The notes under the pieces are model-generated. The model was not told where the DNA came from, made no database searches, and saw nothing but the letters and a program-made list of their open reading frames with translations. DNA of 64,000 nt from Chiloscyllium plagiosum. Taxonomy: Eukaryota. The position numbers were made by a program, and so were the translations under genes. Within the stretch, counting starts at the first letter, position 1. Every line of letters starts with the position of its first letter. The stretch is taken from positions 2,170,029-2,234,028 of the forward strand of contig NC_057758.1 in assembly GCF_004010195.1 (NCBI RefSeq), written 5' to 3'. Shown here one piece after another: positions 50,862 through 63,866 of this stretch.

Positions 50862-50934
50862 GGTAGCGTGGCTAAGATGCTAAATATCGGCGAATTACTG
50901 AAAGTAGGCGTGGGTTTGAATCCCATCGCTGCCA
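50862..50934 (+). pseudogene. tRNA-Leu-like relic
   Basis: 5' GGTAGCGTGGC and 3' GGCGTGGGTTTGAATCCCATCGCTGCCA match vertebrate tRNA-Leu(AAG/TAG) ends; D/anticodon/variable arms diverged; B-box mutated. Confidence 0.6.
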
Positions 50935-51294
50935 CTTGTGCTAATAATGCGACATGCCCAGTCTTGGTGCTGATGAGCTCTGGTTTCTTTTGAACACAAG
51001 AAAGTGTAACCTGTTTCTTTAAAGCAGTCCATGATGCAAGACAGCTAAGAAACTTCAGTGGAACAGCGGTGAATCTCGAGGCTCCTCTCCCACAAACGGC
51101 TGTGGAAGGCAAGAACGAAATATACATAAGTATTTCCAGTCACGAAAGGGATGGGGAGAGAGCAGGAGCATGGTGTAGAGGTAAAGGATCAGTCATAATT
51201 ATATTGAGTTGTGTAGAAAACTCGGTGGACAAATGCAGTACTGCAGTTTCCGTTTTATACAACCCAAGCACATTAAGGAATATATGACAAGTTG

Positions 51295-54200
51295 AAGACT
51301 GCGCATGCTGGAGGTCAGAGTCGAAAAGTGTGGCACTTGAAAACCACAGCATGTCAGTGATAATCCAAGATGCAGGAGAATCGAGGTTTAGGGCATAAAC
51401 CTTTCCTCAGGCATGGAGGGGCTTTCTTGCATCCTGACAGTTCCTAATGAAGGGCTTATGCTCGAAATGCCGACTCTCCTACTCCGTGTACTGCCGTGCT
51501 TTTCCAACTCCATATTTGTCAACGTTAAGCTACGTTGTGTGAGTAATGTGCATTGCGACGATTTTTGGCGATGAACTAGAATGTGGGAATGTAGGAGGAT
51601 CCGAACAGGACAACCAGTAGAGACTACACATTCAAAACCACAGCAACGGTTCTCCTTCAAGATCCTCCACTCCACCTAACCTCTCTACAATGAGCTCTGT
51701 CTCAACTGAGGGCCACATTCTCTCATAACTGCAAAAGACCCCTTTTGTACTATGCGCTAAGAAGAATTCGTACTTTCGACAAACAGTATTTCAACGCCAT
51801 CTCAAACATTGTAAACAGTAAGCACAACAAACTTCCATATAACCACCGCCATAACCAGCACACCTCAACCATTCCTGAAGATTCCCCAGGAACAACTCGG
51901 CCGCCATTAGCCATGAGGCTGGTACAGCTACCACCTGCACGGTAATCAATGACATCACTTCCGCTCCTCAGATCCCGTGATCGCCACCACTTCCGCCCCC
52001 ACCAATGTCATTCACCTGCATACTGACGACACGCGCCGCACACATCCCACTGACAACATCCCCGCCTCCCATGGCCCTTAGGAGAATATCACTCCTGTCA
52101 TGATTCCACCCCATTCCCCCACCACGCCCACTCCAGTTACATTCTCCGCCCCCACTCCCAGTTCCACACCTTCATCAGGTCGTAGCTCCCAGCCTTGGCG
52201 AGTTTTCACCAGCACCCCAGACCTCCCCCTCACTGAGGACAAACGATCAGTCCTCAGCGAAGTCTTTACCTTTATCCCCTTCCATCCACACATCAATGAA
52301 TTCAATACGCATCGTGACGTCGAACAGTTCTTCTGCTGCCTCCACCTCTGAGTTTACCTATTCAATATGAATTCCCGCACACCTTCCGAGGACCCCTTCA
52401 CACGGCTCCAATACACTCCATCCACGTGGACACCCCGTGCTGGCCTATTACCCGCCCTCAATCTCTTCATTTCCAACTGCCACTGAGACATTAACCATCT
52501 CAACCTGTCTACCTCCCTCCCCTCTCCAACCTCTCACCCTCACAACGCGCTGTCTCCACTCCCACTGTTCCAATACCAACCTCACCATCAAACCAGCGGA
52601 TAACGGGTGTGCAGTAGTAGTTTGGCGCACTGACCTCTATATCACTGAAGCCAGACACCAACTCGAAGACACGTCCTCCCACCGCGCCCTCGAACATGAC
52701 CCCACCCTATCACCAAACCATAATCTCACAGACCACACACAACCTTATACGCTCAGGAGATCTCCCACCCACAGCTCACAGTTCGGGAACCCAGCACCGC
52801 CCGATTCTACCACAAACCTGACCATCCTGGCCAACCCATTGCATCAGTATCAGCCTGATCCTGCCCACAGAACTCATCTCGAACTACGTTGTTACTGTCC
52901 TATGCCCCTCGTCCAGGAATTCCCCACATACGTTCGAGACACCATCTACACCCTCCACCTCCTCCAAAACTTCTGTTTCCCGGCCCCCAACGCCTCATCT
53001 TCACCATGGGCATCCAATCCCTCTACACCTCCATCCGCCTCCAAGTCCTCCGTTTTTTCCTCTCCCGACGTCCCCAGTAGTATCCTTCCACTGACACTCT
53101 CATTCGTTTGGCTGAACTGGTCCTCACCATTAACAATTTCTCTATCGAATCCCTCCACTTCCTCCAGACGAAAGGGGAAGCCATGGGCACCCGCATGGGT
53201 CCCAGCGATGCCTGTCACTTTTTCGGTTACGTAGAACAGTCCGTCTTTCGTAGTTACACCGGCACTACTCCCCACCTCTTCCTCCGCTACATTGATGACT
53301 GCATAAGCACCACCTCATGCTCCCGCGAGGAAGTTGAGAATTTAATCAACTTCACCAACACATTCCACCCGACCGTAAGTTCACTTGGATCACCTCTGAC
53401 ACCTCCATGCCCTTGATGGATATCTCTATCTCCATCAATGATGACCGACTTGACATTGACATTTTTTTACAAAACCACTGACTTCCACAGCTACCTGGAT
53501 TACACCTCGTTCCACACTACCTCCTGAAAAAAATACTACTCGTATTCCCAATTCTTCTGCCTCCGCCGTATCTTCTCCCAGGAGGACCAGTTCAACCATA
53601 GAACTCACCAGATGGCCTCCTTCTTTAAACAACGCAATATCCCTTCCCACATGCTTGAAGATGCCCTCCAACGCATATCATCCACATCCCACACCCCCGC
53701 CCTCAAACCCCACCCCTCCAACGTTAACAAGGATGGAAACTCATTGGTCCTCACCTTCCACTCTACCAATCTTCGCATAAACCGTAACATCTGCCGACAT
53801 TTCCGCCAGTCCAAACGGACGCCACCAGCAGGGATATATTTACCTCTCCACCCCTTTCCAAATTCCGCAAAGACCGTTCCCTTCATAGCTGCCTGGTCAG
53901 TTCCACACCCCTAACAAACCACCCTCCCTTCCTGGCACCTTCCGCTGCCACTGCCAGAAATGCAAAACCAGCGCCAACACCTCCCCCGTCACCTCCATCC
54001 AAGGTCGCAAAGGAGCCTTCCACATCCATCAAAGGTTTACCTGCACATCCACCAATGTCATTTATTGTATCAGTTGCTTCCGATGCTGTCTCCGCTACAT
54101 TGGGGAGACTGGATGCCTTCTTGCAGAGCGCTTTAGGGAACATCTCCGGGACACCCGCGCCAATCAACCCACCACCTCGTGGCCCAACATTTTAACTCCC

Positions 54201-54705
54201 TCTGCCTCCCACTCTGCCAAGGATATGCAGGTCCTGGCCTCCTCCGCCGCCACTCCCTCACCACCTGTCGCCTGGAGGAAGAATGCCTCATCTTCCGCCT
54301 CGGAATTCTTCAACCTCAGGGCAGCAATCTCGACTTCACGAGTTTCCTCATTTCTCCTCCCTCCACTTTACCCCAGTTCCAACCTTCCAGCTCTACACCA
54401 TCCTCATGTGCTGTCCTACCTGCCAGTCTTCTTTCCCATCTACCCGCTCCACCATCCTCTCTGAACTATCTCCATCATCCCCACCTCCATCCACTATTCT
54501 ACTCTTGGCTACCTTCTCCGCAGCCCCACCCACCTCCATTTATCTCTCCACCCCGGAGGCTACCTGCCTTCATCCCTGATTAAGGGCTTTTGCCCGAAAC
54601 GTCGATTATCCTGCTCCTCGGATGCTGCCTGACCTGCTGTACTTTTCCAGCACTACTCTCACCTAGACTCTGATTTCCAGCTTCCGCATGACCCACTTCT
54701 GCCTT
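51295..54705 (+). mobile_element. Near full-length degenerate Penelope-like element with inverted 5' terminal repeat
   Basis: TIKPADNGCAVVVW, TMGIQSLYT, GEAMGTRMGPS, FLRYIDD, IYCISCFRCCLRYIGETG (GIY-YIG); 51295-51420 is inverted relative to the tail at 54570-54690. Confidence 0.92.
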
Positions 54706-56104
54706 GAATGGGGGATACAAAATGTGCTGACTGGTCTACACTTTTCCGGATTTTTCTTTGCAGTCTGAGGGAAAACTCTGTAAATGTTGTCAATATCTCT
54801 CAGTTGTGAGGAAGGAGATCTCTGCAGGATCGACAGGGCTGCGTTTCCCGGGCTCTTTTCTGTTACTGACGCTGGTGCGAGTCGTGCTGTCCGATTTTAT
54901 CATTTAAGACATCGAACAAGTTTTATACGATTGAGTGTCTTTCTTGGCCGTTAGAGAGACCACGACATGATTTAACATACGTCTGCGTGTCTGAACTCAC
55001 TTCGAGGCCAGACAGGAAAGTACGGGAGATTTGCTTCTTGAAAGTACATTGGGGAAGCAAATTCGTGTTTCCAATTGACATTGGCATCAAGGTCACTATG
55101 ACTGGCAACAGATTTTAGATCTCAATATTTCATTGTTTTGTTTTTAACTTGCATCTATTGCCAGAACATTCGCCTGGTCTGGATTCGTGACATTTCCACA
55201 ACAACACCATCTCCACATGGCGACCTATTGGAAGTCACAATGAGCAGGCTATCCTCTGCTGCTCGACAAATCTGTCAAAAAGAACTCGCACCAATTTGAC
55301 TGTGAAGACGAGACTGAAGAGATGGTAATTTTTCAGAATATAATGATTCTCCTCTTAGAAAACTTGACATAGTTGAGTAATTTTTCCACATTGCCATGTA
55401 GGTGTCAGAGTTGGAGCTGGAATGAAACAGCTCAACCAAGGATGCAGCTTTTTATGCAGCAAAGGTCTCCAGTCCTATTGTAGGAATGGTGTCAGGGCTT
55501 ATTGTCTTTATCGTATCAACTGTGTTCAGGTGTTCCTTCATATGTATTAAATCTAATTGGTTGAAGACTAACATCTGTGGGCATCATGATAAGGGTGAGG
55601 TGAATAATTCACTCAAAAGCTAGCATGGGGATATCTGTGGAGCCCTCTCCCCCAGTGAATTATTTAATAGTTCGTCACCATTTATGATGTGGCCCGACAG
55701 CAGAGCTTCTATCTGAACTGTTGGCCTTGGCATCATTCCCCCTCTCTATCAGATGTTAGTGCTCCTGCTTGGAATGTAAGCAGAAAAGTGTGGTAGCTTT
55801 CGCGGGTTGTCATCAGTTTTAGTCACACATGGTTCTGACCCTGGTGTATTCACCCACAGTCTTCAATGAACCATAGATTGACTTGATGGTAATGGTAGAC
55901 TGAGGGATTATTCCGGGCAAAACGTTACAGACTGGGATTGATTATATTTACTGCTTCTGCTGTTGCTGCTGTGGTCAACAGTACAACATGAATGTCAGGA
56001 ATACTCTATTTAAAATTAGAGGATTTCAAGCATCGAAGAGTATTATTTTACCTGGAAATTAATTGATGGCAACAAAGAATTGGCGCTGAACGAGGAGTGA
56101 TAGC

Positions 56105-56668
56105 GTCATAGAATCTTAGAGTAATACAATATGCTAACAGACCCTTCAGCCCAACTCATCCCTATTCACAGGTTTCCAAAGTTTAATTAGTCTTACTCGG
56201 CTCCATTTGGCACTAAACCTACTAAAACTTTCCTGTTCATGTACCTGTACATATTTTTTTGAAAACGTTAAAGTTTTAGTTGCTTGCACCGCTTTATATA
56301 ACAGCTCATTACATATACACGCCACCATCTGTAATAAACAGCTTGCTCTTTGATCCTTATTTTAAATGTGACCGCTTTCATTTGGGACCGATAGCACTTG
56401 GTTATGGAAGCCTCTACCCTGGGGAAATGACCTTGGCTATCCATTCCATCCATGCCCCTTATGATTTTATGGACCACTATAAGATCATCCCTCAGCCTCC
56501 AATGCAAAAGGGAATAAACTCCCAGTCAATCCAGCCGATCCTTATATATCAAAACCTTCAGTTTCCTTCACATCATTCCAAATATTTTTAAAACCTGTTC
56601 CAGTTCATGACATCATTCCTATGGTAGGGCGACAAGAATTGTACGCAGTACACCAAATGCTGTCTTAC
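56105..56668 (-). mobile_element. CR1 3' fragment (target of Gypsy insertion)
   Basis: WRLRDDLIVVHKIIRGMDG; CATAGAATC tail. Confidence 0.85.
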
Positions 56669-57373
56669 TGTTATGATATGGAGTAAATCCTGCTGGCCTA
56701 GTTAAACCAGCAACACAGAAAACATTTATCTCGTGCAGTAATCTGTGAAAGTTCGACGTGCCAAGAACTCGTTAAGTTAAAAATTAACAATTTTATTTCT
56801 TAAAGTATAACAAAGAATAATTAAATAACAACTGCTTCCATCTCCTTCCTCTAACCTATAATTTCCTTTCCCTTCTATAATACGAGTCCGATAAAACTGC
56901 CATTTCAGATTTACAAAACAAAATTTCTTATCACAAATCCAAGAAGCGCTCGGTTCTTCTCTGTATTCCAGTCTTCTTTATTTTATTCTTGGGGTTTATT
57001 CTTTACAGGCTAGTGCTTGATAAAGGTACCTTTAAGAGAGCTACTTTTCGAGCATTCTTTTCACATGCTGATACCTTGGCAGGTCTCCTCTCAACTGTTC
57101 AATATTCCCTGGTATTATATCGCCAAAGCATCGGATTTTATCAATGGCATTTAAGATTTACAATATACTCAATTCAAACTTGTTTGGAATTTGGTAATTT
57201 GGAGAATAATTTAAACTGATTGGTCGAATTTGAATTTGTTTTTCTATCATAGCAACTCATCCAGTGCTATCTGTTCTCAAGCAAATCTTACGTTGTAATG
57301 TCTCCAGCACTCGCTGCGTTTGCATGTCCTTCACTCTCTTAAGGGTACAGTACACTCCTACACCTTCATAATA
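56669..57373 (-). repeat. 3' LTR of Gmr1-type Gypsy element
   Basis: Left end TGTTATG...; first ~150 bp align with 63867-64000 (e.g. AAAATTAACAA.TTTATTTCTTAAAGTATAA). Confidence 0.75.
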
Positions 57374-60300
57374 CCTCGTTCTTAAGAAAAACGTGTACCA
57401 TTATAATGAATGGATGGCTTCAATTTTATTCAAATTAATCACATTACCCTAACATGCAGGTGACTTTCATATAAGTTCACCTTAACTTCTTCCCACATAC
57501 CTGCATTATATATAGCATTAAATTAATGCAAACATCATCTTAAGTGTATCAGTTAAATCCACTATATCGCATTTGCAATTATATTTTTATGAATCACAAC
57601 ATATATGATGTTTTAACTTTGGAGTCTGTAACATAAGATTCCAACGATATAGTCTCGTATTCTTGTCTTTAAATCATTCTAAGAATGTAAGAGGATTGTG
57701 ATCCTGTGTACACAAGAGGCGTTGACTCATTGTTCGTGACATACACATGAAAATATTGTTAGACCACTAACAAACTAAATAGTTCTTTTTCGATTGTGGA
57801 GCATTTCCTCAGGTGGATGTTTATCTTCTTCGAAAAGTAATCAACTGGCATTTCAATTCCATCCTCATCTTCCTGCAGGAATACAGCTCCAACTCCTATG
57901 TGACTAGCATTGATGGCGACTTTAAAAATTTTGAATCGTTGGGTGTGGAAGTTTGGAAGTTAATATGACTTTCAAATTGTCGAATGCCTCCTAACATTGT
58001 TCTGTCCACCGAAACTTTATGTTCTTCTTCTCTAATTTGTTTGACGATACCACTAACAGCTGATGTTTGGAACAAACTTTCGATGGATTCCACTGAGTCT
58101 TAAGAACAGAAGTACCTGCTTCATCAAGGTTATTTATGGGAATTCCTTAAATGGCTTCCATCGTTGCGTTCCGTGGGATCAACCTGCTATGACCGATGTT
58201 ATGGCCCAAGAACTTCACCTCCGCTTTCGCGAATTCCATTTTATTTAAGTTTATCAGACGTTTGGCTTCTCGGAATCGTTTAAAGAGTTCTGCCAAGTGT
58301 AACTTATAAAACTTCCAGAACTTTCTAAAGATCACTGCATTGTTCAAATAAACTGTATAGTTTGTTAATCCAGCCACAACTCTGTTCATGGCTCTTTGGA
58401 ATGTGGCCTGTGCGTCCTTCTTTCCAAAGGGTATGACTTTAAACTGATATAGTCCATTTGGGTTTACAAACGCAGACATTTCTTTCATCTTCTCTGATAA
58501 AATTATCTGCCAGTAACCATGCAATTAGAACAACTTGGTGATGCAACTGCCTTTCTCGATACCGTCTTCCAATCCAGGATTTGGATGAGTGTGATTTGTT
58601 TTAACGGCGTTGACATTCTTATAATCCACGTAGAATCGTTGAACCCCATCCAAATTGGGAACTAAGATGATCGGCGAAATTCACTCTCTCTGGCTTGGTT
58701 TGGTAATGTCCTCGTCGAGCACGGCCTCCAGCTCCATCTGGGCCTGTCTGGCTTTGAAAGGATTACGCCTGTAAAGGTGTTGTTTCACTTGAGCATATTC
58801 CCTATGTGCACTATCCCCTCGGCAAATCTTTCGAGTCTCAGAGCTTTTATCTGCAACCTGCTTCATTCTACACTGTGCACTCTTTTGGTGCTTTTACCTA
58901 TTTCACATACTCGGTTTAGTCTCTCCCACACCTCCGATTCATAATCTAATTCTGAAAGACCCGTATTTTGTCCTCTTCAGTTAATGTCAGTGGGTCTCTC
59001 ACTTCATGACCGAATATTAACTGATAGGGAGTAAACTGAGAAGATTCGTTTTGGACATCTCTAATGCAAACGCTACGAATGGGATACGTTTATTCAAATC
59101 AATCTCGTGATCCTGACAGTATGGTCTCAACATGGTCTTCAAGGTCTGATTACATCTTTCTAAAGCTGTTCTGCGCTGTATTGTTCTATGTTCTATGTTC
59201 TAAAGCTCCCTGGGATTCAGGATGGCAAGCACTGGAGTTAAATTTCTGTATACGGAGGCTATCCATAACCTCCCTAAACAGCCTAGCAGTAAAATTTGAT
59301 CCGTAGTCCGACTGAATGTCACTGGGACGCCCATAACGCGTGTAGAAATCTACTAACTCCCTGACAACCTTGATAGTCCGTAATAGAATTTCCTCTGGAA
59401 ATCTGGTAGACACAACCATTATGGTTAACAAGCACTGTTTCCTATTTTTCTTCCTAGAAGAGGACTGACACAATCAATTAAAACCAACGTGAAAGGTTCA
59501 TCAAATGCGGGAATTTGCAAAAATGTATGCTTTCTATTACCGCCTGTGGCTTACCTACTATTTGGCGGACAGTAATAATTAACTACATCCTTCAACATTC
59601 CAGCCCAATGCACATTTTTTTATACCTGGGTCTTTCGTACGGCTGGGTGTTCTCCTACATGTAGTTCATGTTCAACCTGAATTGCCTCCTTTCTAAATGC
59701 TAGCGGCAGCACAATCTGGTGCACTTCGGCCCATTGCTCCTGTCCAATAACCTACCATGGTCTCCATTTCTGCCTTAGGATTATATCCTTCAGCTAATAC
59801 CCCTCCAGAATAATCTCTGCCCTTTATCGAAGGATGCATCCACACATCTATTTTTATCATCTTTTCTTGCTGTTACCAGTCTCTTATTCTTTCAAGATTA
59901 AACACCTCTGTCTGACGCTCTGTCTGTTCACGTCTTTCCTGCACCAGTAAATAAAACAAGGAATCAACGAACTGAACCTCAACTCCATCTTTCTCTTTAC
60001 TTTTCGCTTCGTGCTGTGACTTATGGTACTGGGATCTGGTTACCACACAATGTGAGAGAACACCAGGATATTCCTGTTTTAACTCCGTTTCTTGCTCCTA
60101 CTTGGGCTTGTCTACAACAAGGGATCTCACTCCCAACTAAGATCCTGACAAATCATGCCCAACAAAATACTAAATTCCTGGAATTGACACTGCCACTCAC
60201 TCCCACTGTAAATTTCCCAGTCTTGAGTTGGCATTCCAATCTTAGCTTACATAGCGGAACGCTAAATTTATGTTCATCTATCCCATAGAATATCACATTC

Positions 60301-61074
60301 TCGGATAACAGATCATGAATAGTACATATTCGCTCGTTCCTTACCAACAACTGTTTAAATCCCGTATCTCTCAAAGTTATAACTTCATGTCGTTCCTCCC
60401 CGTTCCTTCTGAGTAAACATCGCACACAGAGACAAATTCTTTGTAAGTACTAACTCCGTATTCATCTCCTGCCAAGATTGTGCACTCTTGTGCAGCTCCT
60501 CGGCTCTTTTTGGGGATCTAGTCTATTATCTTCGTTAATGTCACTGGCTTAGCTTGTTTACCACAACTTTTCCCACAGTTCTTTTCTTTAACGGCCAGCT
60601 TTGTGACATTACGTGACCCACTTTATCACAGCGGAAACACCTTTCATCTCCTTTCCACCCTCATGAGCTTCATTTTTGTCCTGTGGCAGATTCTTACGAG
60701 TGCTGTATACTCTTGGTTTTGGAGTGTAGGAACTCCCGTTCTCCCAATGTCTATTCCTCGCGGTAGAAATTCTGACTGGAAGCTTGTTTTATGCACCAAC
60801 ATGTATTCATCTTCAAATTCTGTTTCCCTTCTCACCTCCTGTTCTTCCTGTTCCCAACTTAAATTCTTAACAACTCTTGAAGTGAGTTCTTTGAACTCCT
60901 CCAGGAAATGTCCTATCTATTTTCAGAGCAAGTTTTTCTAATCTAAAAAAAAACCATCATTCAAAATGGCAATGTTTAATTCAATCGAATTCAATGTACT
61001 TCTGACCTGGTTCGTTCTTTGTGCTCCTGACCCGATGGTTATATGCTTCCGGTAACAATTCATAAGGACTTCAT

Positions 61075-62726
61075 AGAATGTGGGAAAACAACTGGTGACA
61101 CCTTGAAAAATGTCCATATTACAGAGGAGGAAGTGAGAAATGTCTTGAAACGCCTAAACCTGGATTAATCGCCAGGACATGATCAGCTGTACCCCAGAAC
61201 TCTGTGGGAAGCTAGATAAGTGATTGTTGCGCCTCTTGCTGAGATATTTCTATGATTGATAGTCACAGGTGAGGTGCCAGAAGACTGCTGGTTGGCTTAC
61301 GTCGTGCCACTGTTTAAGAAGGGTGGTAAGGACAAGCCAGTGAACGATAGACCAGTGAGCGTGACGTCGGTGGTGGACAATCTGCTGGAGGCGATCCTTA
61401 GGGACAGGATGCATATGTATTTGGAATGGCAAGGACTGCTTAGGGATAGTTAGCATGGCTTTGAGCGTGGGAAATCACGGCTCACAATATTGATTGAGTT
61501 TTTTCAAAAAGTAACAAAGAGGATTGATGAGGACAGAGCGGTAGATGTGATCTATCTGCTCTTCAGTATGGTTTTCAACAAGGTCCCCAATGGGACACTG
61601 GTTTGCAAGTTTAGATCTCACGGAATACAGGGGGAACTAGCCATTTGGATACAGAACTGGCTCAAAGGTAGAAGGCAGATGGTAGTGGTGGAGGAGGGTT
61701 GTTTTTCAGAGTGGAAGCCTGTGACCAGTGGAGTGCCACAAGGATCGGTTCTGGTCCTCAACTTTTTGTCATTTATATAAATGATTTGGATGTGAGCATT
61801 AGAGGTATAGTTTGTAAGTTTACAATTGACACCAAAATTGGAGGTGTATTGGACAGCGAAAGAGATCTTGATCTAATGGGCCAATGGGCTGAGAAGTGGC
61901 AGATGGAGTTTAGCTCTGATAAATGAGAGGTGCTGCATTTTTGGAAGCAAATCTTATCAGGACTTATTCACTTAATAGTCATGTCCTATGGAGTGTTGCT
62001 GAGCAAAGAGACATTGGAGTGCAGGTTCATAGCTCCTTGAAAGTGAAATGGCAGGTAGATAGGATAGAGAAGAAGGCGAATGGTATGCTTTCCTTTATTG
62101 GTTAGAGTGTTGAGTACAGGAGTTGGGAGGTCATGTTGCATCTGTGCAGGACATTGGTTAGGCGCCTGTTGGAAATTGTGTGCAATTCTAGTCTACTTCC
62201 TATCGGGAAGATATTGTAAAACTTGAAAGATTTCAGGAAAGATTTATAAGGATGTTGCCAGGGTTTGAGGATTTGAGAAATAGGGAGAGGCTGAACAGGC
62301 TGGGGCTGCTTTCCCTGGAGCGTCGGAGGCTGAGGGGTGACCTTATAGAGGTTTACAAAATTATGAGGGATGTGGATAGGATAAATAGACGAAGTCTTCT
62401 TCCCTGGGGTCGGGGAGTTCAGAAATAGAGGGCATAGGTTTAGGGTGAGGGGAGAAAGATATAAAAGAGACCTAAGGGGCACCTTTTTCACACAGTGGTG
62501 GTACGTGTATGACATGATCTGCCAGAGAAAGTGGTGGAGGCTGGTACAACTGCAATATTTAAAAGGCATTTGGACGGGTATATGAATTGGAAAGGTTTGG
62601 AGGGATATGGGACGGGTGCTGGCAGGTGGGACTAGATTGAGTTGCGATATCTGGTTGGCATGGATGGCTTGGACCGAAGGATCTGTTTCCATGCTGTAAA
62701 TCTCTATGACTCTATGACCCTATGAT
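61075..62726 (+). mobile_element. CR1/HER1 LINE (RT to 3' tail) inserted in Gypsy gag
   Basis: [44 protein letters not shown]; (CTCTATGA)n tail. Confidence 0.95.
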
Positions 62727-63007
62727 TTAAAATGGCCTACTTAAGCACTTCATGATTTCTTGACACCTCATCTGACAGTACGACAGAAACATCACTAGCT
62801 ATACCTTCTAGTTTCGTCTAAACTGAAGTTATCCATAAATCCTCAGACCACTCGACCTGCTGAGACAATTTTTCAAATGAAATAAAGAAGGCTTCAACAT
62901 CTTCCTCATCAAAACATGTCAGGCATTTGACATATTTGTACATATAACTATTATTTCTTTTAATCGCTAGTCTCTTAGCTTGACTTTGCTGACTAAGTCG
63001 CAGTTGA

Positions 63008-63460
63008 AACTTTATTGCTGGAACAGCACAGCAGGTCAGGCAGCATCCAGGGAACAGGAGATTCGACGTTTCGGGCACAGGCCCTTCTTCAGGAATGAGC
63101 AGAGAGTGTTCAGCAGGAGAAAGTGGAAAATGAAGTGTTGTTCTTTGAACTTGCGTTAAGGAACACTGCAACAGATCTGGGACAGAAATGTTGGTGTAGG
63201 AACACAGTGGTGTGTTGAAGTGGAGGCAGTGGGAAACTCTGGGTCATGTTTTACAGACAGAGTGTAGGTGTTCAGCAAAGCGGTCATCAAATCTGTGTTT
63301 CATCTCCCCCGATATACAGGAGACCACATTCTGAGCAGTGAATGAAATAAATGAGTTGAGAGAAGTGCAGGTAAGCTGCTGCTTCACCTGGAAGGTGTGC
63401 CTGAGGCCTTGGATACTGAGGTTGGAGGAAGTAAATCGGCAAGTAAGTCACCTTGTGCAA
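63008..63460 (-). mobile_element. Penelope-like 3' fragments with intact hammerhead motif
   Basis: Minus strand CTGAAGA-AGGGCCTGTGCCC-GAAAC-GTC (63092-63065); GLLYIGEMK (GIY-YIG) near 63300-63330. Confidence 0.8.
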
Positions 63461-63845
63461 GACCAACCCCTTCCCACAAACGTCACTTCAATATATTAGC
63501 CTGTTTCCAGGACACACCATGTAATTCCTTAAAAGTTCAGTTTTACTTGTGTCATTGGTTCAACCCAAATGTGACATATCTGCTAATTCTAAAAGGATGA
63601 CCATTTTCTTTCCTTCTAAAAATTTTTGGTGAGTCTGAGAATATTCTTCAAATCCCAGACTCTCTTAACAATTTTAAGAGTGATTTCTCTCATTTCTTAT
63701 TTAATCAATGATAAGTCACTGAAAGTAAATAAGTTGCCTCACCGACGTTTTATTTAATGACCTAGGACACTCACCTGTACCTGTTTACATTTGCCGTGAG
63801 TTTTCGGACACCCAAACCTAATCAAATCTGTTTCAATCATTTCAA

Positions 63846-63863
63846 ATCACGGACGGGCCCCCA
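63846..63863 (-). promoter_or_regulatory. Primer-binding site, tRNA-Pro
   Basis: TGGGGGCCCGTCCGTGAT on the minus strand, adjacent to the LTR end. Confidence 0.85.
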
Positions 63864-63866
63864 AAC

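Larger units (their letters stand above)
57374..63845 (-). mobile_element. Near-complete Gmr1-type Gypsy internal region (gag-PR-IN-RT-RH), interrupted
   Basis: FDEEDVEAFFISFEK (gag), CFRCDKVGH knuckle, ITLRDTG (PR), IQSDYGSNFT..HPESQGALE (IN), GYWQI..GLYQFKVIPFG..VYLNN (RT), DHNPL (RH). Confidence 0.92.
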
